The translations under genes and the position numbers were made by a program. From Candidatus Sericytochromatia bacterium (lineage in GTDB: Bacteria > Cyanobacteriota > Sericytochromatia > S15B-MN24 > VGJW01), in contig JAYKHS010000007.1 of assembly GCA_035285865.1 (NCBI GenBank), forward strand, positions 32,001 to 96,000: DNA of 64,000 bases. The letters run 5' to 3'. Positions 9,293 through 17,119 of the stretch are shown here, piece after piece. The notes below the pieces were generated by a model that was given only the letters and a program-made list of their open reading frames with translations, ran no database searches and was not told the origin of the DNA. The first letter of the stretch is position 1; each line of letters begins with the position of its first letter.

Positions 9293-10459
9293 TCAGCCCT
9301 CGCTGCTGCGCGCGGCCCAGCGTCCGAGACCGACCCCGCCCAACGCCAGCAGCGCGGACAGGCCCCAGGCCCATCGACCCAGTCCATGCAGTGCCACACC
9401 CGCAAGCAAGGGTCCGAATGCCCTGCCCAGCGCCTCGAAGGACTGCAGGGCCCCGAGGCCGGTGCCGGCATCGCCGGGCAAGCGGCGCCCCACGCCGGCA
9501 GACAGGGAAGGCCTCATCAGGGCAGACCCGACACCCAGCAGCAACAAGCCGGCACCGACGCCGGGAAGGGCCAAAGGCAGCGCCATCAGGGCGAAGCCAC
9601 AGGCAAAGGCGGCAAAGGCGAGGCTGAGGGCGCGCTCCTCACCCAGTCGGTCGATGAGCCTGCCCGCACCGCCACCGGCCACCGCCGCAGAGATCAGGCC
9701 GAGCAGGCCCAATGTTGCCCCGAGTGCCGCCGGGCCCATGCCGAATCGTTCCAGCAGGTGAACCCCGAGCACGGCCTCCATTCCGGAGAACAACAGCATC
9801 TGAAGCAGACCGGCGAGCAACAGCGGACGTCCTCGCCCCCATGAGCGCGCAAGGGCCTCGCGCAGGCTTCGGGTGGCGCGCTCCCGCTCGGGCACGAGTG
9901 TCTCGGGCAGCAGGAAAGATGCGGCAAATACCACGACCAGGCACGTCACCGAGGCCGCCTTGAAAGGCAGCTCGAGATCCCCGCTCATCGCCAACCAGCC
10001 GCCGATGGCCGGTCCGAGCACGAAGCCCAGGCCAAGCGAGGCTCCCGCGATGGCCATGCCTCGGCCCCGACCGGATGGCGCGGACAGGTCGTCGACCGCC
10101 GCAAGGGCCGCAGGCAGGAGCGCCGCAGCCATCAAGCCACCCGTCAGGCGCGCGGCGAGCAATTCGGCGTAGGTCTCGGCGAACGCCATGCCCGCAAGTG
10201 CCACGGCAAATCCAACGCCGCCCAGCAGGATGACGGGTCTTCTTCCTCGACGATCGGAGAGGCGCCCCCACCAAGGGGCCAGAATGAACTGGATGATGGC
10301 ATAGCTGCCCATCAGCGTGCCCATGGCCATCTCGGGCGAAAGCACGGCAGGGCGGGGCATCTCGGCCACGCGCTGGGGCAGGACGGGGATGACCAGGGCA
10401 AATCCGGCCATCGTCAGGAAGAGAAAGGCAGCCAGCAGGGCAAGGGCGGGAGAACGCAT
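9293..10459 (-). CDS. MFS transporter (DHA1/TetA-like)
   Basis: Motif A WGRLSDRRGRRPV, motif C LGFVLGPAIGG, about 12 TM segments; TATGAT 7 nt before ATG 10459. Confidence 0.9.
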   Translation of the reverse strand: MRSPALALLAAFLFLTMAGFALVIPVLPQRVAEMPRPAVLSPEMAMGTLMGSYAIIQFILAPWWGRLSDRRGRRPVILLGGVGFAVALAGMAFAETYAELLAARLTGGLMAAALLPAALAAVDDLSAPSGRGRGMAIAGASLGLGFVLGPAIGGWLAMSGDLELPFKAASVTCLVVVFAASFLLPETLVPERERATRSLREALARSWGRGRPLLLAGLLQMLLFSGMEAVLGVHLLERFGMGPAALGATLGLLGLISAAVAGGGAGRLIDRLGEERALSLAFAAFACGFALMALPLALPGVGAGLLLLGVGSALMRPSLSAGVGRRLPGDAGTGLGALQSFEALGRAFGPLLAGVALHGLGRWAWGLSALLALGGVGLGRWAARSSEG

Positions 10460-10595
10460 CGCCCCCATCATAAAGGGCACTTGCACCAACCGGTGATTCG
10501 CAAGGCACCAAAGCGGACCGGGACCCGGAATTCCGTGAGGAACCCGAGCCCCGGCAGCACATCTGTTTCGCGGCAGGCGCAGGCCTGCACGGGAA

Positions 10596-11567
10596 CTAAC
10601 GGGGCTGATTCACGGGCAGGGAACCCGACGCGGGGTCTGGGACAAACTCACGAATCTGCTTCGCGCGCAGGGCATCCTCCAGCGTGTTGAACGGGACCGC
10701 CGGATCGGCCTTGATGTGCGTCGGCCCGAGCAACTGCGGCAGCGGCAGCGGCGAATCGGAAGCTGCCGGAGCAAACTTCAGCTCGACTGCACCCTGCAGG
10801 AAGGACGTGGACTGGAACTCGACCTTGCCGTCCGCCTTGCGGGAGAGGAACCAGAGACGCGCGCCGGGAAGGCGGGCCTTGTCGATGACAGGGGTCGTGC
10901 TGGCGGAGGAGGGAACCCCGGCGATCAGATTGAAGACCTGGACATCGAAAGCCAGCACACGGGCCGACCAAGAGGCTGCCATTTGCGGGAATGTCTGCCC
11001 CATGCCGTCCTTGGTGATGAAACCGGCACGAACAGGCGGCACGACGAGACCGAACGGGCGAAGATCCCAAGTGACCCGCGCCGCGATGTCCCGCTTGCGC
11101 TGCTCCTCGCTGAGCTTCGTCGCATCCCCGTTGCGCTGGAAGACCACCCCGCCCAGGCTGTCCTGCGCGATGGCCACCCGATTCACGGACGGAGCCTGCT
11201 CCCCCTCCTTGGCGACGATCGAGGTCGTGATGGCCTGATCGACATCCTTCAGGCGAATCTCGACCTGACGCGTCTGGTCATTGGCCTCGAGTTTCGTGAA
11301 CCGGACCTCTCCGTTCACGATGTCGTATTCATCCGCACCCAGCGTCCGCCCGTCCACGACGACGGCTTCGACGTCCTCCTCGGCCAGCGTCTGCGCCTGT
11401 CCGTTCTCGTCGAGGAAGTCCAGCTTGATGCCGGCATTCTGAAGCAGCGTCGTGGCATTCTGGACGGCCTGCTGGACCTGCGCCGGGGACAGGTTGCAGC
11501 CGACGAGCACGGTGGCTGTTGCGGCAAGAGCAGTGAACAGGGGCCGGAAGGTCCGGGGTGCACGCAT
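10596..11567 (-). CDS. Hypothetical lipoprotein
   Basis: Signal peptide with lipobox LVGC; coding-like codon usage; GAGG upstream. Confidence 0.75.
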   Translation of the reverse strand: MRAPRTFRPLFTALAATATVLVGCNLSPAQVQQAVQNATTLLQNAGIKLDFLDENGQAQTLAEEDVEAVVVDGRTLGADEYDIVNGEVRFTKLEANDQTRQVEIRLKDVDQAITTSIVAKEGEQAPSVNRVAIAQDSLGGVVFQRNGDATKLSEEQRKRDIAARVTWDLRPFGLVVPPVRAGFITKDGMGQTFPQMAASWSARVLAFDVQVFNLIAGVPSSASTTPVIDKARLPGARLWFLSRKADGKVEFQSTSFLQGAVELKFAPAASDSPLPLPQLLGPTHIKADPAVPFNTLEDALRAKQIREFVPDPASGSLPVNQPR

Positions 11568-11761
11568 GGGGAGTTGCCTCGCGGATCGTAAGCGGACGCC
11601 TGCCGTGCAGCCTAGGGGGCCGAAGAGGACGTCCCGGGAACGACCGATATTAGCACGTCAAGGATGCTATGATGCTCCCGTCGGCCTCGCCCCCGGGCGG
11701 CGTCGAACCGCAGGCGGCAGGTGCCCGACAACATGCCGCCCCGTGCCCCTCTTCCGGAAGG

Positions 11762-12718
11762 ATGTCACACGTGTCGGATACCTTGCTCTTCAGGCGTTTC
11801 GGCCAGCTGATCATGGGCCTTGTCGGCCTGACGGTCCTGCTGGTCTTCGCAGGCGTCATCGTTCGGGCCACGGGTTCGGGGCTGGGTTGCGGAACGGCCG
11901 GTGGCTGGCATGATTGGCCCTTGTGCCACGGGCAACTGCTGCCCCCTGGCGAGACGACCGCCATCATCGAGTTCTCGCATCGCGCCATCGCGTCGATCGT
12001 CAGCACCGGCATGCTGGTCGCCGTGGGCTGGCTGGCGTGGACCCCGCGGCTTCGCGGGGCACTCGGCGGACACATGGCCTTGGCGTGCACCTTGCTGGTC
12101 GTCCAGATCACCTGGGGTGCGCTCATCATCCGCCACATGGTGCCGCCCGAGCTGGTCGTGACGCACCTCGCGACGGCTTTGGCCTTCTTCGCCACCATGA
12201 TCACGCTCAGCCTCAGGGCCTTCCGGCTCGCGAACGGCTCAGCGGACCCGCTCGAGCACGGTCGGGCGTACATGGGGCTCGCGCTGGGCACGACCCTCGC
12301 GGTGTACCTGCAAGCCCTGGCGGGTGGCGTGGTGGCCAACTTCGAAGCGGGCCTCGCCTGCCCGGACTTCCCGACCTGCCACGGAGCGTGGCTTCCGGCC
12401 ATGGTGGGCAACGTGGCGCTGCAGATGATTCATCGCTTCGGGGCCTACGCCGTCACGGGACTGGTCCTGACGCTGGCCTGGCGGACCCGGAAGGAGCAGG
12501 GATGGCTGCGCAGGCTGCCTTTGCTGGCTGTCGGCGTCCTTGTCCTGCAGGTCACGCTGGGCATCCTGAACGTCCTCTACAAGCTGCCGCTCGTCGTGAC
12601 GGCCGCCCACCACGGCAACGCCTACCTGCTCTTCGCGCTGCTGATCGGCTTCTCGTACCGGCTTGTCGCGGCCCGGTCCCTGGCCCCCGAGGCAAGGTCC
12701 GCGGTCGTCGCCGCCTGA
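11762..12718 (+). CDS. ctaA: Heme A synthase (COX15/CtaA family)
   Basis: GLGC...WPLCHG, EFSHR, second Cys pair ACPDFPTCHG, conserved His residues, 8 TM; start could be GTG 11771. Confidence 0.9.
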   Translation: MSHVSDTLLFRRFGQLIMGLVGLTVLLVFAGVIVRATGSGLGCGTAGGWHDWPLCHGQLLPPGETTAIIEFSHRAIASIVSTGMLVAVGWLAWTPRLRGALGGHMALACTLLVVQITWGALIIRHMVPPELVVTHLATALAFFATMITLSLRAFRLANGSADPLEHGRAYMGLALGTTLAVYLQALAGGVVANFEAGLACPDFPTCHGAWLPAMVGNVALQMIHRFGAYAVTGLVLTLAWRTRKEQGWLRRLPLLAVGVLVLQVTLGILNVLYKLPLVVTAAHHGNAYLLFALLIGFSYRLVAARSLAPEARSAVVAA

Positions 12719-12766
12719 AGGGACCCCCCGGGCTTGCAGGAACACCGAAGGGGCAGCCTTCCGCTC

Positions 12767-13309
12767 GTGAGGCGGTGGCTGCCCCTGTTCGTGTCGCTGG
12801 CCCTGACGGCCGTCAACCTGCCCGGCGAGCCGGTTCTCGCCGCAGAACAGACGGATACGGAACCCGAGGCCGTTGATGCCGAAAGCCCCCTTGCGGCAAC
12901 TGACGGCTTTAACGAAGCCTCGTCCTCCGCCCTTCCGCGCCTCGAAGGCACGCTCGTGGTCCCGCTCGCGCCTTCTGCCGCGCCTCCACTGCGTGAGGCG
13001 GAGCCTTGGGAACGCCCTTTCGTCTGGGTCGGGACCGCAGGCATGGTGGGCGTCATCATCGGCCTGCTCGGACTCGCCACGCGCATGCAGGGTAGTGCCG
13101 GCGGCACGGGAGGCACGAATGCCACCGGCGGAACGGCCTCCGGTGCATCAGGTCTCGGGGCCCTGCCCATCGGTCCCTATGCCGAACCCATGATGCTGTG
13201 GGGGCTGGGCCTGGGCTTGCCGCTCTACCTGAGCGGGGCGGTGCTCTCCGCATCCCGTGAGGACGCCGAACGACGCCGGGCAACGGGCTTGCCGGGGGAT
13301 GATCGGTAG
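12767..13309 (+). CDS. Hypothetical membrane/exported protein
   Basis: Signal-like N-terminus and two hydrophobic segments; stop abuts the next ATG. Confidence 0.6.
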   Translation: MRRWLPLFVSLALTAVNLPGEPVLAAEQTDTEPEAVDAESPLAATDGFNEASSSALPRLEGTLVVPLAPSAAPPLREAEPWERPFVWVGTAGMVGVIIGLLGLATRMQGSAGGTGGTNATGGTASGASGLGALPIGPYAEPMMLWGLGLGLPLYLSGAVLSASREDAERRRATGLPGDDR

Positions 13310-15220
13310 ATGGACCTCACGGAAGTCCTGGTGGTCGTCTTCGCCTCGGCCATCGCCGGCCGGCTGGTCGACTTTTCTGCCGTCTGGTTCCTGTTCCACC
13401 CCTATCGCAAGGTCAACCTGCCCCTGATCCGGGAGCTGGGTGTCCTGCCGAGACGTCAGGAAGCCCTCGCCGACCAGGTCGCCCTGCTCATCGAAGAGCG
13501 TCTGATCACCCGGGAACGCATCTCGGCCTATCTGGAATCCGGCGAAATCGCGACCAAGGTCCAGGGCTCCGTGCGTGCCATCCTGCACGACGTCCTGACC
13601 ACGCCTCATCCTTCGGTGCGGGACATGCTGCAGCGGCACCTGGGCGAGGCCGTCGACGTCGATGCCGAGATTGCCATGCTCTCGGAACGTGCAGCCGAAG
13701 CCCTCGCCGGGTTGCTCGCCCGACCGGGCTTCCGTGCGCGCCTGACCAACCTCGCGGAGGACCTGCTGCGTCAGTGGGGACCGCGGACGCTCGACGAGTC
13801 CTTGCCTCCCGACCTTGCCGACCGCATCATCCACCATCTCTCGGGTCGGTTCGTGGAGTGGACCGACAACGCGGACGGCGAGGCCAGGCGCCTCGACGCG
13901 TGGCTTGCCTCACTGGGCCCATTGCCGGATCTGGTCCCCCAGGAGACGCTGGACCTGATCCAGGAGCGCCTGAAGGATCGCCTGCCGGACCTTGCCCGCA
14001 TCCTCGAGGACGTCCTGCAGGAGCCTCGGGTCAAGGCGTTCCTGAGAACCTATCTGGTCGAGGTCGTCGACCGGCTGGTGGCCACCAGCCCGAATCTGTT
14101 TTCCGTCGAGGGTCTGCTCGGCGCGTGGAGGCAGCTTTTCCCCGAGGACTTCGCCAAGCGCCTCGACCAATTCGTCGACGACACCCTGCCCCGGCTGCGC
14201 AAGGCCCTCGAGAATCCGGACACGCTGGCCTTCGTGCGTGCCCGCATCGACCGGGCCTTCGCGGAGGCGCGCGTGACGCCGGTAGGCGCTTGGTACGGCC
14301 GTCTCGGCGATCGTGGCCGCGCAGAACTGGTCACGGCGGTGGCCACCCTGCTGCGCAGTCCCATAGCCCTCGCCGTGGCCACGGAGCTTGCCAGACTCGG
14401 TGTCCAGCGTCTGCTGGCCACGCCCATCGAACGCTTCCTGCCGGCGTCATGGCGCGAGGCTGACCCCGTCGGCCGCCGTCTGGCCGAGTTGGAAGAAGTC
14501 CCGATCGAGGACTGGCCGGAGGTGCTTCTGCCCCGCCTTCAGGAACTGCTCACCGGGCAGGAGTTGACGGACGGGTTGCTGGCGGCGGCCACCAACGGAG
14601 ATGGGCGAAGCCTCGCTGCCTGGCTGCGTGCCCACGTGCCCGAGGAGACCGATGCAGGGCGCGAGTGCGCTGCCTATGCCGCCGCCCTCGAAACCGGCAC
14701 GAACCGACCCGAGGGGCATGCGACCCCCCTTCGCGTGGCGGTGGATCGCGCGTGTGCGATGGCTGCGGAGCCCGCGGCCCAGGCCACCCTCAGGCGCTGG
14801 GTGGCCCGGGGCATCGAGGCCCTGGCGGGCCTGCCCGTGGGTCGGCCCGCGGACTGGCTCGACGAAGCGCGGGCCGAGCGTCTGGAATCCCTGCTGGTGA
14901 CCCAGGTGCAGGGCCTCCTCCGCAGCCAGGCCCACCGGGTGGCAGAAACCCTGGACTTCAAGGACATGGTGCGGGCCGGCATCATGCGCGCTGAACCTGC
15001 GGCCATCGAGGACGTCGTCAAGCGTCGCCTCGCCCGTCGGGAGTTCAACACGATCTTCCTCATCGGCCTGATCTTCGGCGGTGGCGTGGGGTTGGCCGCG
15101 ACGCTGCTCTTCAGGCAGGTCGCCGTCTGGTCCGTCTCGCTCGGCTGGAGCGGTGCGGCAGGTGTGGCGGCAGCAGGCGTGGGCATGGTGCTTGTGATGC
15201 TGAGGTTCGTCCGGGTATGA
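13310..15220 (+). CDS. DUF445-family membrane-anchored protein
   Basis: N-terminal TM with AVWFLFHPY...GVLPRRQEALA, long helical middle, C-terminal IFLIGLIFGGGVG TM. Confidence 0.75.
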   Translation: MDLTEVLVVVFASAIAGRLVDFSAVWFLFHPYRKVNLPLIRELGVLPRRQEALADQVALLIEERLITRERISAYLESGEIATKVQGSVRAILHDVLTTPHPSVRDMLQRHLGEAVDVDAEIAMLSERAAEALAGLLARPGFRARLTNLAEDLLRQWGPRTLDESLPPDLADRIIHHLSGRFVEWTDNADGEARRLDAWLASLGPLPDLVPQETLDLIQERLKDRLPDLARILEDVLQEPRVKAFLRTYLVEVVDRLVATSPNLFSVEGLLGAWRQLFPEDFAKRLDQFVDDTLPRLRKALENPDTLAFVRARIDRAFAEARVTPVGAWYGRLGDRGRAELVTAVATLLRSPIALAVATELARLGVQRLLATPIERFLPASWREADPVGRRLAELEEVPIEDWPEVLLPRLQELLTGQELTDGLLAAATNGDGRSLAAWLRAHVPEETDAGRECAAYAAALETGTNRPEGHATPLRVAVDRACAMAAEPAAQATLRRWVARGIEALAGLPVGRPADWLDEARAERLESLLVTQVQGLLRSQAHRVAETLDFKDMVRAGIMRAEPAAIEDVVKRRLARREFNTIFLIGLIFGGGVGLAATLLFRQVAVWSVSLGWSGAAGVAAAGVGMVLVMLRFVRV

Positions 15221-15858
15221 ACGCGACCGTCCGTCGGATCGCGACCCTGCTGCTTGCCGTCCTGGTCCCACTCGGTCCGGTCGCGGGTCCCGCTGGGGCC
15301 GCGGGCGTCGTCACGATCGAGGATGCGGAAGGTCGCTTGCTGTGGGGCAAGGGCGTCGAGGGGCATACTCCTTGGTCCGAACGCAGCGTCTGGGTCGAGG
15401 GGGAGTGGATCTGGAGCGCCGCCCCCATCGATGCTCCGGACCCGCAGCAGCTCCGCTTCGCGTTGCCAAAACTACAGGACAACATCTTGAAACTTAGCGA
15501 CCTGTTTTTATATCAACAAATGAAGTCAGGCAACAAAGATACAATGGTCAAGGAGCAGGAGGCCCTGCGCCTGAGGCTCCGGCGTCACTTCGACGAAGGG
15601 GCTGTGCGTGCGGTCCGCTACGCCGGCGGCCCCGGCGCGTGGCAAGTCCAGGTCGCCTACGAGCTCCCGGCCTTCGAATCGGCGATTGGCTTCCGCGCGT
15701 TCTCCGAGGCCCCGCGCCCGGTGGAACCGACCCAGCTCGAGAAGGTCGTGGCGGGAGAGCGCTGGTGGAACAGGGCGTGGGACATGGCGTGGCTGGCCAC
15801 GATGGGCCTGGCCGTCACGGTGGCGGTCCTGCTTGTGGACGCCACCACGCGGCGCTGA
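15217..15858 (+). CDS. Hypothetical exported protein with C-terminal TM
   Basis: ATGA overlap with the DUF445 gene; signal peptide and C-terminal hydrophobic helix. Confidence 0.7.
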   Translation: MNATVRRIATLLLAVLVPLGPVAGPAGAAGVVTIEDAEGRLLWGKGVEGHTPWSERSVWVEGEWIWSAAPIDAPDPQQLRFALPKLQDNILKLSDLFLYQQMKSGNKDTMVKEQEALRLRLRRHFDEGAVRAVRYAGGPGAWQVQVAYELPAFESAIGFRAFSEAPRPVEPTQLEKVVAGERWWNRAWDMAWLATMGLAVTVAVLLVDATTRR

Positions 15859-15866
15859 TACCCGGA

Positions 15867-16958
15867 TCAGGGTGCAGGTGCCGGCTGGAAGGTCCCGTCC
15901 AGGATCTGCGCGCGCCAGCGTTCGACACGACGCTGCAGATGCCGCAGGTTGTGGATGGACAGCAGCGTGTGGGCCAGCCACTCTCCGGCGCGGACAAGGT
16001 GATGCAGGTAGCGACGGTCGAACCTGGCACACGTCATGCAGTCGCAATCCGAGTCGATGGGCAAGGCATCCTCCGCGAACCGCGCGGCCTTGATGTGGAA
16101 GCGGCTCTCTCCGGACCAGACCGTACCGTGCCGCGCCATCCGCGTGGGATGCACGCAATCGGCCATGTCGATGCCGTGGGTGATGGCGAGATGAAGATCC
16201 TCGGGCGTGCCGATGCCCATCAGGTACCGTGGTTTGGTCGCCGGGAGCAACGGGGTCGTGACGGCAAGCGTCGCCGCCATGTCGGCCCGGGACTCTCCGA
16301 CCGAGAGCCCACCCACGGCATATCCGGGAAAATCCATCGGCACGAGTGCCTCGGCCGACCGACGCCGCTCGGCGGGATCGATGCCGCCCTGCACGATGCC
16401 GAAGAGCGCCTGATCCGGACGATCGTGGACGGCAAGGCAGCGCTCGGCCCACCGCGTCGTTCGATCGACGGCGCGGCGAACCTCGGCCGGATGGGCCGGT
16501 AGCCGGATACACTCGTCGAAAGCCATCGCGATGTCCGCTCCGAGATCCATCTGGATCCGCATCGAGGTTTCGGGGTCCATGAACCATCGCGAGCCGTCGA
16601 TGGGGCTGCGGAAGCGGACGCCCTCGTCGCTGATCGAGCGCAGCGCCGCCAGAGAGAAGACCTGAAAGCCGCCGGAGTCCGTCAGCATCGCCCGGGGCCA
16701 GCGCATGAAAGCATGCAGACCGCCGGCCCGCGCGACGCGCTCGGAACCCGGACGCAGCATGCAGTGGAAGGCGTTGGCAAGGACGATGCCCGCTCCGGTA
16801 TCGGCCACCTGCTCCGGCAGCAGGGTCTTGACCGTCGCCTGGGTGCCCACGGGCATGAAGGTGGGCGTCGGAATGTCCCCGTGGGGAGTATGCAGGATGC
16901 CCGCACGCGCCGACCCGACCTGGGCCAGCACCGTCATGCGGACGGGTGGCTGAGTCAT
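15867..16958 (-). CDS. tgt: Queuine tRNA-ribosyltransferase (tRNA-guanine transglycosylase)
   Basis: TPTFMPVGT, LTDSGGFQVFSL, FGIVQGG, PRYLMGIG, zinc site CDCMTC and HNL. Confidence 0.96.
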   Translation of the reverse strand: MTQPPVRMTVLAQVGSARAGILHTPHGDIPTPTFMPVGTQATVKTLLPEQVADTGAGIVLANAFHCMLRPGSERVARAGGLHAFMRWPRAMLTDSGGFQVFSLAALRSISDEGVRFRSPIDGSRWFMDPETSMRIQMDLGADIAMAFDECIRLPAHPAEVRRAVDRTTRWAERCLAVHDRPDQALFGIVQGGIDPAERRRSAEALVPMDFPGYAVGGLSVGESRADMAATLAVTTPLLPATKPRYLMGIGTPEDLHLAITHGIDMADCVHPTRMARHGTVWSGESRFHIKAARFAEDALPIDSDCDCMTCARFDRRYLHHLVRAGEWLAHTLLSIHNLRHLQRRVERWRAQILDGTFQPAPAP

Positions 16959-17119
16959 CGACCGACTCCCATCGGCCGCGGCGCACCGGGAAGCGAAGCC
17001 GGCGTCGGCGTCGGCGTCGGAGCCAGCGTCGGGTCCCCGAGGACGAAGCCGGGAAACTCACATGCCGCGAGCGACACCGCGACGACACACAGCAAAGCTG
17101 CCGCCATCGACCTGCTCAA
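16955..17119 (-). CDS. Small (50-54 aa) proline-rich lipoprotein, absent from the ORF track
   Basis: (L)SRSMAAALLCVVAVSLAACEFPGFVLGDPTLAPTPTPTPASLPGAPRPMGVGR*; lipobox LAAC; TTG overlaps the cyclase stop and TGA overlaps the tgt ATG; alternative ATG at 17107. Confidence 0.7.
   Translation of the reverse strand: MSRSMAAALLCVVAVSLAACEFPGFVLGDPTLAPTPTPTPASLPGAPRPMGVGR

Noticed and set aside
3562..10459. Antibiotic-resistance calls (rifampin phosphotransferase, TetA)
   Set aside because: Only family-level motifs are visible, and the operon context favours metabolic roles.
15491..15518. Possible dif site (TTATATCAACA resembles a XerD arm)
   Set aside because: The XerC-side arm lacks the ATAA needed for the dyad, and the site lies within a CDS.
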